From: Octopus sinensis
Taxonomy: Eukaryota
Length of the DNA stretch: 64,000 nt
NCBI RefSeq assembly: GCF_006345805.1
Contig: NC_043021.1
Span: 19,468,001-19,532,000, forward strand
Direction of reading: 5' to 3'
The notes under the pieces are model-generated. The model made no database searches. It saw only the letters and a list, made by a program, of their open reading frames with translations, and was not told the origin of the DNA. The translations under genes were made by a program, and so were the position numbers. The number at the start of each line of letters is the position of its first letter. Positions within the stretch are counted from its first letter, which is position 1. Of this stretch, positions 1 to 12,080 are shown piece after piece.

Positions 1-279
1 GTCATTTAGCGGTTCGGCATAAGAGACCGATAGAACAAGTACTGAGCTTACAAAGAATACGTCCCGGGGTCGATTTGCTTGACTAAAGGCAGTGCTCCAG
101 CATGGCCGCAGTCAAATGACTGAAACAAGTAAAAGAGATAAAAGAGGCTGTTCCATTGATCAGACCCACTGGAACCCTTTTCATCATAACCAACGGAGTT
201 CCGGTTCTGTTCTTTCCTTACGGAAAGTCTCAACAAGGGTGTTGGGTTGAGGACTTGAAAATTTTCAACTTAAATTTTA

Positions 280-1045
280 TCAGGGTTATCTATGTATGAA
301 ATTAACCATATCTTGATTAACTGAGCATGAAGTTAACCCTGTGCAGGTTAGCTTATGAAGTTAGCCTTATCAGGGTTAACTGAGAATGAGATTAACCCTA
401 TTAGGGTTAATTTAAAATAAAGTTATTAACCCTACTAGTGTTAGCTTAATATGAGGATGTTGACCATTGTTACCCCTATCAGGATTAATAGAATGAAGTT
501 GTTGACCCCCTTGGGGTTATCTAAGTATGATATTAACCCTATTAGGGTTATCTTAGTATGACATTAACCCTGTTAGAGTTATCTTAGTATGAAGTTAACC
601 CTATCAGAATTAACTTATTATGAGGTTAGCCATATCTAGGTTACCTTAGTATGAGCTTAGCCATATTTGGGTTAACTTATGAGGTTAGCCATATTTGGGT
701 TAATTTAGTATGATCTTGGCCATATCTGAGTTAACCTAGTATGAGGTTAGCCATAACTAGATTAACTTAGTATGAAGTTAGCCATATCTGGTTTAACTTA
801 GGATGAGGTTAGCTACATCTGGGTTAACTTAGAATGAGATTAGCCACATCTGGGTTAACTTAGAATGAGGTTAGCTACATCTGGGTTAACTTAGAATGAG
901 GTTAGCTACATCTGGGTTAACTTAGAATGAGGTTAGTTACATCTGGGTTAACTTAGAATGAGGTTAGCCACATCTGGGTTAACTTAGAATTAGGTTAGCC
1001 ACATCTGGGTTAACTTAGTATAAGTTGTTAACCCTAAGGTTAACA
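280..1045. repeat. 31-bp minisatellite with a divergence gradient
   Basis: Homogeneous 3' units CATCTGGGTTAACTTAGAATGAGGTTAGCTA; older 5' units approximate TATGAAGTTAACCCTATCAGGGTTAACTTAG. Confidence 0.9.
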
Positions 1046-1083
1046 GCCTTATCCCTTTCCATTACTCTTTCCTCCTTGCCCAG

Positions 1084-1375
1084 GATCATCAATTCTCTGA
1101 ATCAAAACGAGCGAGGCCTATTTAAGGAGCGCATCAAGTTTTTGGACAAGAAAATTTCCCCGGGCCTCAGCAAGCTGACCTGGAATTCCAAAGGAACGAC
1201 TGATTCCTTCATCACAGATTGCCGAAACACCGCCGAGAAGATCCAACAGAAGATTGATTGTTTCAAGGCTGACAACTTGAAGATTGCAATGAGTTGCGTG
1301 CAGATCAGTGAGATGTTGCTCACGGACATCGACTCTCGGAAGATTTACAAAGAATTAGAATTCGGTGATCATCAG
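1084..1375 (+). CDS. DNAH2: Dynein heavy chain exon (window exon 1, tail)
   Basis: cccag|G ATC...CAG|gtagg; (R)IINSLNQNERGLFKERIKFLDKKISPGLSKLTW...LEFGDHQ; 292 nt. Confidence 0.93.
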
Positions 1376-1489
1376 GTAGGCTAGAAATAAAATCACTCGC
1401 TATTCGCCCCTTGACTCCCCCCCACCCCACCATTATTCAGCCATTCTTCATCTCCGGTGTTTTGTCTTGAGATTCTATATTTTAAACTG

Positions 1490-1558
1490 TTTTATCTATC
1501 TATCTGTTTGTCTATTTGTTTGTAAGTCTGGTTATCTATCTATCTGTCTATCTTCCTT

Positions 1559-1589
<31 letters not shown>

Positions 1590-1975
1590 ACATAGCTATC
1601 TGTTAATCTATCTATCTATCTGTCTATATCTGTCTCCTTGTCTATCTGCCTGCTTGTCTATCTGCCTACTTGTCTGTCTGCCTACTTGTCTGTCTGCCTA
1701 CTTGTCTATCTGTCTGCTTGTCTATCTATCTGTCTATTTATCTATCCATCTATCTATCTGTTTGTCTATCTATCTATCCATCTATCTGTTTATTTATTTG
1801 TTTGTCTGACTACCTATCTATCTATCTATCTGTCTGTCTATCTATCTATCTATCTAACTATCTATCTATCTATCTGTCTGTCTGTCTGTCTGTTTGTTTG
1901 TTTGTCTATCTATCTATCTAACTATCTGTCTGTCTCTCTGTCTGTCTACCTATCTATCTGTCTATCTATCTAGCC

Positions 1976-2025
<50 letters not shown>

Positions 2026-2130
2026 TTATCTATTTGTTTGCCTATCTACCTATCTATCTATCTATTTATCCATCCATCTATCCATCTGTTTGTTTGTCTA
2101 CCTATCTACCTGTCTGTCTATTTATCTACC
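1490..2130. repeat. Compound (TATC)n/(TGTC)n microsatellite
   Basis: Directly visible; source of the LSIY-type junk ORFs. Confidence 0.97.
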
Positions 2131-3699
2131 CTTTTTTTTAATTTTTATTTTTTATTTTATTTTTTTTTGTTCTTTTTTCCCTTTTACGATCCCTCTTGAT
2201 CGAAAACCTACGCCACCCCTTTTTTTTTGTTTCTTTTGTTTTTTTGTTTTTTTCATCCCCCAAAAGAAAAGCTCTACCTTGTAACTTGTCCCATCTGTGT
2301 GCAGCCCTGTGTGGCCAATAAACTTATCTACCCTTTATATTTAAAGCACTTTTATCACTCTATCTGTCTGTTTTGTCTGTCTGCTTATTCACCTGCTTCT
2401 CTTTTGCCTCTTTGAATGCAGTTATCAATCTGCATGATAACATACCTCAGGCCACTCTCATATTCACAGCAGGCTGATGGAAGCCTGGCCAAGCAAATAC
2501 AAATGATAATCTACAAAGGATAAAGTACTGGGGTAGCAACCAGAACATTTTAACCTATATCAGCTAAGGGTAGATAGAACCCTTAAGCCATATTAACTAG
2601 TCCAGAGATAAGATCTTAATGAAACCACTAACAAGCGATGGCAAATTTGCTTCAAAGGAAAGAGGGCCTCTTTAGCCCTTACAAAGATAGTGTCTTGGAA
2701 AAAAAAAAAACACACATAGTGGTGTAACCCTAACATTATATGCATTTAAAGTGGCCATATCCAGCCAAAATATCCTACTTGTTTTATGGTCAAACTTGGC
2801 CGATCAAGCCATTTACACCTCCTTTACGATGTCATTCCAAACTACCCAATCATCATTGTTATCATCATTTAACATCCATTGTCCATGCTGGCATGGGTTG
2901 GACTGTTTGACCAGGGCTGGTAAGCTGAGGGGCTGCACCAGGCTCAAGCCTGATTTGGCATGGTTTCTACAGCTGGATGCCCTTCCTAGTGCCAACCACT
3001 CCAAAAGTGTAATGGGTGCTTTTACGTGCCACCAGTATCTGCCATGACTATGAATCAAAGTGAATCAGACCAAACTTTAATGAGTTCGAGCCACTCACCC
3101 AGTGAGTATTTCTGCCAAATTTGGTGAAAATCTGTTCGGTTGTTTTCCAGTAATTTTGCAAACACACAGACAAAGACGAGTGATTACCATACGCAAACAC
3201 ACAGACAAAGACGATTGATTACTGTACGCAAACACACAGACAAAGACGAGTGATTACCATACGCTGCTTTCACTTATGTGCACAGAGTAATTAATACTGA
3301 GGTTGATTCATTCAACAACAAAAAAAAAAAAATCTTCAAGGCGGTGCCCCAGCATGGCCACAATCTAATAACTGAAACAACTAAAAGATGAAACATACTG
3401 CATTGCTATCATGATTTCTTTTCTCTGTCTAACTTTTTGTACAGAAGTAACAATATGATGAATGGGTCTGCATTGATGTGCTGTAAATTATTCATTGCAT
3501 GAGAAACCAGGCCCTCACTAGGGGTTCTGGCCTTATTCATGTTGTTGAGTTTTGTGATTTTAACCCTTTAGCATTCAAATTACTTTGTCAAATATAATAC
3601 TTGTTTATTCATATTGTTTTGAATTAAACATGTATTATCTCATAACTTTGAAATTTTGATGATGGGGCCTCCCAGAGGCAATGTGGCCGATGAATGTGT

Positions 3700-4100
3700 C
3701 ACATAACTAGTACCCATGCTAGTGGCATGTAAAAAGCACCTTTTGAGTATTGGGCCTCAATGAGGCCATGTGGCCAATACTGTTGTTGTGTAACTAGCAC
3801 TTGTGCTGGTGGTACGTAAAAAGCACCTTTTGAGTATTGGGCCTCAATGAGGCCATGTGGCCAATGCTGTTGTTGTGTAACTAGCACTTGTGCTGGTGGT
3901 ACATAAAAAGCACCTTTTGAGCATTGGGCCTCAATGAGGCCATGTGGCCAATACTGTTGTTGTGTAACTAGCACTTGTGCTGGTGGTACGTAAAAAGCAC
4001 CTTTTGAGTATTGGGCCTCAATGAGGCCATGTGGCCAATGCTGTTGTTGTGTAACTAGCACTTGTGCTGGTGGTATGTAAAAAGTACCTTTTGAGCGTTG
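3700..4100. repeat. 87-bp tandem repeat (about 4.5 copies) derived from Rep-D subrepeat
   Basis: GCACC registers at 3736, 3823, 3910; each unit contains GGTGGTACGTAAAAAGCACC. Confidence 0.9.
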
Positions 4101-4378
4101 AGCCTCATGGGAGGCAATGACAAGTGACCGAGACCTTTGGCAATATGCTGAGCTTGAGTAGCAAAAGCGAACAACAGAATTAGTACTTGGCTTAAGATAT
4201 AAGCCCTGGGCTCAATTTGTTCGACTAAAAGAAAACCTTCAAGACGGTGCTCCAGTATGGCAACTCTCAAACGACAGAAACAAATTAAAGAATAACAAGA
4301 ATGAAAGAATACATATTCTGTCGTTGATCCCCTGTTATATAAAATATTTAATGAATTGTTTGTATCTCTCCGTTACAG

Positions 4379-4483
4379 AAACAGCACCGGCTGAGGACAC
4401 TTGCTAAAGTGATTGACATCCATGAAGAAATCCTCTCCATCATAGACAAACAGTTCGAAACATTCAAGAATGATGGCCCTGAG
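4379..4483 (+). CDS. DNAH2: Dynein heavy chain exon 2
   Basis: ttacag|AAA...GAG|gtgagg; KQHRLRTLAKVIDIHEEILSIIDKQFETFKNDGPE; 105 nt; absent from ORF track. Confidence 0.9.
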
Positions 4484-5494
4484 GTGAGGATTTTCAGCAT
4501 TTTCAACAGAAACCTTTTTCTTTGTTTTTTTATCATTGTGGTTTATGATTTTGCCAACCGTTTCCTTCATCTTCAGCAATGAAGCTTTTATAAATATTTA
4601 CACCTATACAACATTTACATCACAGCTTAAGAAGTTTGCTTTCCAAACCTCGTGGCGTCCGGTTCCGTTCCACTGTATGGCACCTTGGTCATGTCCCCGG
4701 AAATGCTTTGCGAGTGGATTTGGTGAACAGAGACTGAAAGAAACCCAATATTTATTCTGTCAGTCTCTTTTGCTGAACCTTTAAGTTATGGGGATGTAAA
4801 CACACCAACACCAGTTGTCAAGTGGTGATGGGAGGACAAACACAGACACACACACATATACGACAGGCTTCTTTCAGTTTCCATATACCAAATCCACTCA
4901 CAAGGCTTTGGTCGGCCCAAGGCTATAGCAGAAGACAATTGCCCAAAGTGTCACGCAGTGGATGGAACTGAACCCGGAACCATGTGGTTGGTAAGCAAGC
5001 TACTTACCACACAGCCACTCTTACGCCTACCTATCTTTTTTTTTCTTTTCACACACACACACACATATATATATACATATATACGACGGGCTTCTTTCAG
5101 TTTCCATCTACCAAATCCACTCACAAGGCTTTGGTTAGCCCAACGCAATAATAGGAGACACTTGCCCAAGGTGCCATGCTGTGGGACTGAACCCGGAACC
5201 ATGTGGTTGGGAAGCAAACTCGTTACCACACAACCACACACACACTCACACATATATGTGTGTGTGTGTATGTTCAAAGGGGCACAGAAAATTTCCTGTC
5301 TTTCGGTAAAAGAAATTGCAGGAAGATCGGTTAATTATGGTTTTATTCAACATATTCTCCTCTCAGACTCACACACTTATTGCAGCAATCCTTCAGTTCT
5401 TCTAAGCACTGTAAAAGAACTCAGAATGATGGGCCTCCAACCAGGCTTTTCGCGATACCCTTAAACCCGGAACTTTCCAGCACCTCCTGTGTAT

Positions 5495-5860
5495 CATCAT
5501 CATCATCATTTAAAAATAGCATGGGTTGGACGGTTTGACTGAGGTCTTGCAATCCAGGAAGCAGCACCAGGCTTCCAATCTAATTTGGCAATGTTTCTAT
5601 AGTTGGATGCCTTTCCTAATGCCAACCACTCTGAGAGTGTAGTGGGTATTTTTTTACGTGTCACCGGCATGGGAGCCCCTCATGGGGCACTGACATTGAC
5701 CACGTTTGGATGGTTCTTTTTACATGCCACCGGCTCAGGAGCCAGTCAGGGGGCACTGGCATCATCAACTTTCGGATGGTGCTTTTTATGTGCCACCAGC
5801 ACAGGAGCTAGTCGGGGCACTGGCATCAACAACGTTCAGATGGTGCTTTTTACATGTCAC
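5495..5860 (-). mobile_element. Rep-D retroposon-like repeat ((ATG)n 3' tail) leading into the 63-bp array
   Basis: catcatcat...gggttggacgg...ttggatgcctttcctaatgccaaccactc...gtgggt. Other copies near 2860-3045, 14540-15030, 17570-18030, 20290-20670(+), 22240-22430(+), 23570-23970(+), 32740-33190(+), 37790-37930(+), 47071-47380, 57195-57530. Confidence 0.85.
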
Positions 5861-5861
5861 C

Positions 5862-8800
5862 GGCACAGGAGCCAGTCAGGGGGAACTGGCATCAACATTT
5901 GGATGGTGCTTTTTTTGTGCCACTGGCACAGGAGCCAGTCAGGGGGAACTGGCATCAACATTTGGATGGTGCTTTTTTTGTGCCACTGGCACAGGAGCCA
6001 GTCAGGGGGCACTAGCATCAACATTTGGATGGTGCTTTTTTTGTGCCACTGGCACAGGAGCCAGTCAGGGGGAACTGGCATCAACATTTGGATGGTGCTT
6101 TTTTTGTGCCACTGGCACAGGAGCCAGTCAGGGGGCACTAGCATCAACATTTGGATGGTGCTTTTTTTGTGCCACTGGCACAGGAGCCAGTCAGGGGGAA
6201 CTGGCATCAACATTTGGATGGTGCTTTTTTTGTGCCACTGGCACAGGAGCCAGTTAGGGGGCACTAGCATCAACATTTGGATGGTGCTTTTTTTGTGCCA
6301 CTGGCACAGGAGCCAGTCAGGGGGCACTAGCATCAACATTTGGATGGTGCTTTTTTTGTGCCACTGGCACAGGAGCCAGTCAGGGGGCACTAGCATCAAC
6401 ATTTGGATGGTGCTTTTTTTGTGCCACTGGCACAGGAGCCAGTCAGGGGGCACTAGCATCAACATTTGGATGGTGCTTTTTTTGTGCACTGGCACAGGAG
6501 CCAGTCAGGGGGCACTAGCATCAACATTGGATGGTGCTTTTTTTGTGCCACTGGCACAGGAGCCAGTCAGGGGGCACTAGCATCAACATTTGGATGGTGC
6601 TTTTTTTGTGCCACTGGCACAGGAGCCAGTTAGGGGGCACTAGCATCAACATTTGGATGGTGCTTTTTTTGTGCCACTGGCACAGGAGCCAGTCAGGGGG
6701 AACTGGCATCATCAACATTTGGATGGTGCTTTTTTTTTGCCACTGGCACAGGAGCCAGTTAGGGGGCACTAGCATCAACATTTGGATGGTGCTTTTTTTG
6801 TGCCACTGGCACGGAGCCAGTCAGGGGGCACTAGCATCAACATTTGGATGGTGCTTTTTTTGTGCCACTGGCACAGGAGCCAGTTAGGGGGCACTAGCAT
6901 CAACATTTGGATGGTGCTTTTTTTGTGCCACTGACACAGGAGCCAGTTAGGGGGCACTAGCATCAACATTTGGATGGTGCTTTTTTTGTCCCACTGGCAC
7001 AGGAGCCAGTTAGGGGGCACTAGCATCAACATTTGGATGGTGCTTTTTTTGTGCCACTGGCACAGGAGCCAGTCAGGGGCACTAGCATCAACATTTGGAT
7101 GGTGCTTTTTTTGTGCCACTGGCACAGGAGCCAGTCAGGGGGCACTAGCATCAACATTTGGATGGTGCTTTTTTTGTGCCACTGGCACAGGAGCCAGTCA
7201 GGGGGCACTAGCATCACATTTGGATGGTGCTTTTTTTGTGCCACTGGCACAGGAGCCAGTCAGGGGCACTAGCATCAACATTTGGATGGTGCTTTTTTTG
7301 TGCCACTGGCACAGGAGCCAGTTAGGGGGCACTAGCATCAACATTTGATGGTGCTTTTTTTGTGCCACTGGCACAGGAGCCAGTCAGGGGGCACTAGCAT
7401 CAACATTTGGATGGTGCTTTTTTGTGCCACTGGCACAGGAGCCAGTTAGGGGGCACTAGCATCAACATTTGGATGGTGCTTTTTTTGTGCCACTGACACA
7501 GGAGCCAGTTAGGGGGCACTAGCATCACATTTGGATGGTGCTTTTTTTGTGCCACTGGCACAGGAGCCAGTTAGGGGGCACTAGCATCAACATTTGGATG
7601 GTGCTTTTTTTGTGCCACTGGCACAGGAGCCAGTCAGGGGGCACTAGCATCAACATTTGGATGGTGCTTTTTTTGTGCCACTGGCACAGGAGCCAGTCAG
7701 GGGGCACTAGCATCAACATTTGGATGGTGCTTTTTTTGTGCCACTGGCACAGGAGCCAGTCAGGGGGCACTAGCATCAACATTTGGATGGTGCTTTTTTT
7801 GTGCCACTGGCACAGGAGCCAGTCAGGGGGCACTAGCATCAACATTTGGATGGTGCTTTTTTTGTGCCACTGGCACAGGAGCCAGTCAGGGGCACTAGCA
7901 TCAACTTTGGATGGTGCTTTTTTTTTGCCACTGGCACAGGAGCCAGTCAGGGGGCACTAGCATCAACATTTGGATGGTGCTTTTTTTGTGCCACTGGCAC
8001 AGGACCAGTCAGGGGGCACTAGCAATCAACATTTGGATGGTGCTTTTTTGTGCCACTGGCACAGGAGCCAGTCAGGGGCACTAGCATCACATTTGGATGG
8101 TGCTTTTTTTGTGCCACTGGCACAGGAGCCAGTCAGGGGGAACTAGCATCAACATTTGGATGGTGCTTTTTTGTGCCACTGGCACAGGAGCCAGTCAGGG
8201 GGCACTAGCATCAACATTTGGATGGTGCTTTTTTTGTGCCACTGGCACAGGAGCCAGTCAGGGGCACTAGCATCAACATTTGGATGGTGCTTTTTTGTGC
8301 CACTGGCACAGGAGCCAGTCAGGGGGCACTAGCATCAACATTTGGATGGTGCTTTTTTTGTGCCACTGGCACAGGAGCCAGTCAGGGGGCACTAGCATCA
8401 ACATTTGGATGGTGCTTTTTTTGTGCCACTGGCACAGGAGCCAGTCAGGGGGCACTAGCATCAACATTTGGATGGTGCTTTTTTTGTGCCACTGGCACAG
8501 GAGCCAGTCAGGGGCACTAGCATCAACATTTGGATGGTGCTTTTTTTGTGCCACTGACACAGGAGCCAGTCAGGGGGCACTAGCATCAACATTTGGATGG
8601 TGCTTTTTTTGTGCCACTGGCACAGGAGCCAGTCAGGGGGCACTAGCATCAACATTTGGATGGTGCTTTTTTTGTGCCACTGGCACAGGAGCCAGTCAGG
8701 GGGCACTAGCATCATCAACATTTGGATGGTGCTTTTTTGTGCCACTGGCACAGGAGCCGTCAGGGGGGCACTAGCATCAACATTTGGATGGTGCTTTTTT

Positions 8801-9130
8801 TGTGCCACTGGCACAGGAGCCAGTCAGGGGGCACTAGCATCAACATTTGGATGGTGCTTTTTTTGTGCCACTGGCACAGGAGCCAGTCAGGGGGCACTAG
8901 CATCAACATTTGGATGGTGCTTTTTTGTGCCACTGGCACAGGAGCCAGTCAGGGGGCACTAGCATCAACATTTGGATGGTGCTTTTTTTGTGCCACTGAC
9001 ACAGGAGCCAGTCAGGGGGCACTAGCATCAACATTTGGATGGTGCTTTTTTTGTGCCACTGGCACAGGAGCCAGTCAGGGGGCACTAGCATCAACATTTG
9101 GATGGTGCTTTTTTTGTGCCACTGACACAG
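5862..9130. repeat. 63-bp minisatellite, about 52 copies
   Basis: Unit GGCACAGGAGCCAGTCAGGGGGCACTAGCATCAACATTTGGATGGTGCTTTTTTTGTGCCACT. Confidence 0.97.
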
Positions 9131-9470
9131 GAGCTTGTTTGGGCACTGGCATCGACCATGTTCAGATGGTGCTTTTTACATGCCACTGGCACAGGAGCTA
9201 GTCGGGGCACTTTTGAAAGTCTATGAGGATTACTTAATGCAGATTTTGAAGTGTAAAGGTGATTTTTCAAAAAAAAATTTTTTTTTTAAATGTTATAAAA
9301 TTTGTTATGAGGATGTTACTAAGCCTTTTTGGGGGGAAGAAGTTTCTAGTGTGTGAGTGCTTTCATTAAACCTCATCTATACTTATATGAGGGTCTGCTG
9401 AACTTTTCAGCGTCCCCTTGTATTACAACGGTTGTACAGTAAAGCTCTCCTGTCTATTTTCCAATCAAAG

Positions 9471-9641
9471 GTCTACAACTATTGGTTCATTCATATTAAC
9501 AATCTGGACAAGATGATAGAAGAAGCCTTCCGTCTGAACGTCAAGTACTCCCTGCAGACCATCTCGAAAGCAATCAACATTGACACGAAGGCAGCACCAA
9601 ACCCTCTCTTCAGTGTAGAAGTCATTCTCCGTAATGACACT
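9471..9641 (+). CDS. DNAH2: Dynein heavy chain exon 3
   Basis: tcaaag|GTC...ACT|gtgagt; VYNYWFIHINNLDKMIEEAFRLNVKYSLQTISKAIN...PNPLFSVEVILRNDT; 171 nt. Confidence 0.92.
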
Positions 9642-9729
9642 GTGAGTATCTCCTTTAGCTTTTCTTCTTTTTTTTTTTGTATCCTTTACTTGTTTCAGTC
9701 ATTAGACTGTGCCCATACTGGAGCACCTT

Positions 9730-9733
9730 GAAT

Positions 9734-9770
<37 letters not shown>

Positions 9771-10125
9771 TCTTCTTCTTCTTCTTCTCTTTCTTCTCTT
9801 TCTTTTTTTTATTTCTTCTCTTTCTTTTTCTTCTCTTCTTCTTCTGTTTCTTCTCTTCTTCTTTTTCTTCTTCTTCTTCTCTTTCTTCTTTTTCTTCTCT
9901 TTCTTCTTCTTTTTCTTCTTCTCTTTCTTTTTCTTCTCTTCTTCTTCTTTTCTTCTTCTCTTTCTTTTTCTTCTCTTTCTTCTTCTTCTCTTTCTTTTTC
10001 TTCTCTTTCTTTCTTCTTTTCTTCCCCCTCTTCCTTCAGTTCTTTTTCTCTTATCTTCCCCCTCCCCCTTCCTCCAATTCTTCTTCATTTTCTTCCTCTT
10101 CTTTTTCCCTTTCTCCTTCTTCACC
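9730..10125. repeat. (AAT)n plus (CTT)n/CT-rich low-complexity tract
   Basis: Directly visible; source of the K/R/E-rich junk ORF 9702-10127. Confidence 0.95.
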
Positions 10126-10261
10126 AATGATTAATATTTCATGCTAATCTATGTTCTAAACAGTGACTTAATCATAATCCTAATCATTACATAATCTTAA
10201 TCATAATCTTAATCATTACTGCATTCAATATTTTCAAAGTTAACTAAAAGAAAAGCACCAT

Positions 10262-10660
10262 AGGCGCAGGAGTGGTTGTGTGGTAAGTAGCTTGTTTACC
10301 AACCACATGGTTCCGGGTTCAGTCCCACTGCGTGGCATCTTGGGTAAGTGTCTTCTGCTATAGCCTCGGGCCGACCAAAGCCTTGTGAGTGGATTTGGTA
10401 GACGGAAACTGAAAGAAGCCCGTTGTATATATGTATATATATATGTATGTATGTGTGTGTGTCTGTGTTTGTCCCCTAGCATTGCTTGACAACCGATGCT
10501 GGTGTGTTTACGTCTCCGTCACTCAGCGGTTCGGCAAAAGAGACCGATAGAATAAGTACTGGGCTTACAAAGAATAAGTCCCAGGGTCGAGTTGCTCGAT
10601 TAAAGGCGGTGCTCCAGCATGGCCGCAGTCAAATGACTGAAACAAGTAAAAGAGAGAGAA
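10262..10660 (+). mobile_element. SINE-A: tRNA-headed SINE (about 400 bp) with internal (TA)n(TG)n tract
   Basis: A-box-like TGGTTGTGTGG, B-box-like GGTTCAGTCCC, body ...GGATTTGGTAGACGGAAACTGAAAGAAGCCC, microsatellite, tail ...AATGACTGAAACAAGTAAAAGAG. Near full-length copies: 13418-13820(-), 15555-15977(-), 18720-19100(-), 19342-19745(-), 24520-24945(-), 25670-26082(+), 31088-31480(+), 39330-39731(+), 59613-60003(+); many fragments. Confidence 0.9.
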
Positions 10661-11011
10661 AGAGAGATCCTTAACATATTTCAAGAGAAATAAGGTGATA
10701 AAAGAGCTAAACTTGACAGAAACAGGCTTAGCGCTTACATGCATGTAATATAGTTTTTTAATACTATATTTATATTACTCTCATCATTATGATTGTCATC
10801 ATTATTATTCCGTGTATGTATACATACTGAAATTTTCAACATACAAGTCAAATTTTTCAGATCAAAATTTACAGCCAAAAAGAAGGCATGTTGCCTTATA
10901 GGCAGGTTGCCTTATAGGCGGGTTGCTGGACCAAAAAACCTCATACAAAATGCAGCAGGATCTGGAGAGATAGAGACAGTGTTTGAGTGTTTATACCACA
11001 TGTTTACACTA

Positions 11012-11813
11012 CAGTCAACTCTCGCTACTATGCCAGTTTTGCGCGGTCCCGGCCAAATAATAAACAAAAAAGTTTTACTATGCCACCCTCAACTCTCGCT
11101 ACTATGCCACTTGTAAACTGAAGCGCACACAACTTTTCGACATTTTGTACATTTCGTATTTGTAATCTTGTGGAAAAGTTCAGAAAGTAGCACACAATGT
11201 CAGCTCAGAAACGCAAGCGGACTGAGTTTACGCTGAAGGAAAAGAAGGAGATTATCGATGCTGCGAAAAACGTTATTGTCGGGCCCCTCGTATCATTAGT
11301 AATATCTGATACAAGTTACCGCCCCTTGTATTGTCCGACAACATGTTTCACTCTAGAAGAAATAGCAAAGGAGGTAATGCATAACGAAGAGCCGGTGGAA
11401 AGTGAAGACGACGAGGTAATTGTGGAAGAGGAATACGTTTCGTTTGCAGATGCCCAGAGAGCATGGAGCACTATCCGAAAGTTTATGCAGCAGCAGAGCA
11501 GCAGAAAACCCAGCGTCATGCAGGCGTGTGATAGGCTAGACAACGAAATGAATGAAATCCACCGAAAGAAGATGCGTCAGCCGACAATTTTTGAGAGCTT
11601 CGGGATTAACTAAAAGCAATCTGAACTTAATAAACTTGGATGTCTTCTTTTTACCATTGCATTGAACTTCTTATTGGCCTTACTTCCTACCCTATGAATT
11701 TTTATTCGTATGTTCAGTAAATTTTTGGTTATGTAGTGTTTAGATAACAGACTCTCGGTACTATGCCATTTTGGCTCAGTCCCGCAGGGTGGCATAGTAG
11801 CGAGAGTTGACTG
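11012..11813 (+). mobile_element. Internally deleted Tigger/pogo DNA transposon (802 bp)
   Basis: Perfect 24-bp TIRs CAGTCAACTCTCGCTACTATGCCA, TA on both flanks; ORF 11197-11613 begins like a CENP-B/psq HTH (KRKRTEFTLKEKKEII) and ends like a Tigger C-terminus (RQPTIFESF). Confidence 0.92.
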
Positions 11814-11951
11814 TATATATACTACGTTGATTTGTCTGCCAGAAAATACAGTGTGTATGATATGTAGTGTCCGTAATCCTCATTAAAAAACTTGTATTAA
11901 AAGACCGTGAGATCCGATGAAAAACCTTCAGTTTTCTACTTCTCTGTACAG

Positions 11952-12080
11952 ATCCACTTCTCACCAAGCATTGAGGAATTAGATAACATGGTGTACTATG
12001 TGGGAAAGGATATGATAACATCACTAAGTCAGATACCACGTCTGATTGAAAAGTATCCCAAAGAAGGAGTATCAAAATTG
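11952..12080 (+). CDS. DNAH2: Dynein heavy chain exon 4
   Basis: gtacag|ATC...TTG|gtaaga; IHFSPSIEELDNMVYYVGKDMITSLSQIPRLIEKYPKEGVSKL; 129 nt. Confidence 0.88.

Noticed and set aside
1516-2284. Hydrophobic LSIY-repeat ORFs resembling membrane proteins; likewise the K/E/R-rich ORFs at 9702 and 50841
   Set aside because: Translations of microsatellites.
5603-9201. Long repetitive ORFs (MVLFLCHWHRSQSGGTSINIW)n and similar, up to 325 aa
   Set aside because: Open in several frames and on both strands only because the 63-bp unit is a multiple of 3 and stop-poor; broken by homopolymer indels; intronic.
9642-11951. Possible missing micro-exon: recalled human DNAH2 has about 7 extra residues between ILKND and VEFSP
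   Set aside because: Exons 3 and 4 join in frame without it, no candidate was found, and the comparison rests on memory; RNA-seq would settle it.
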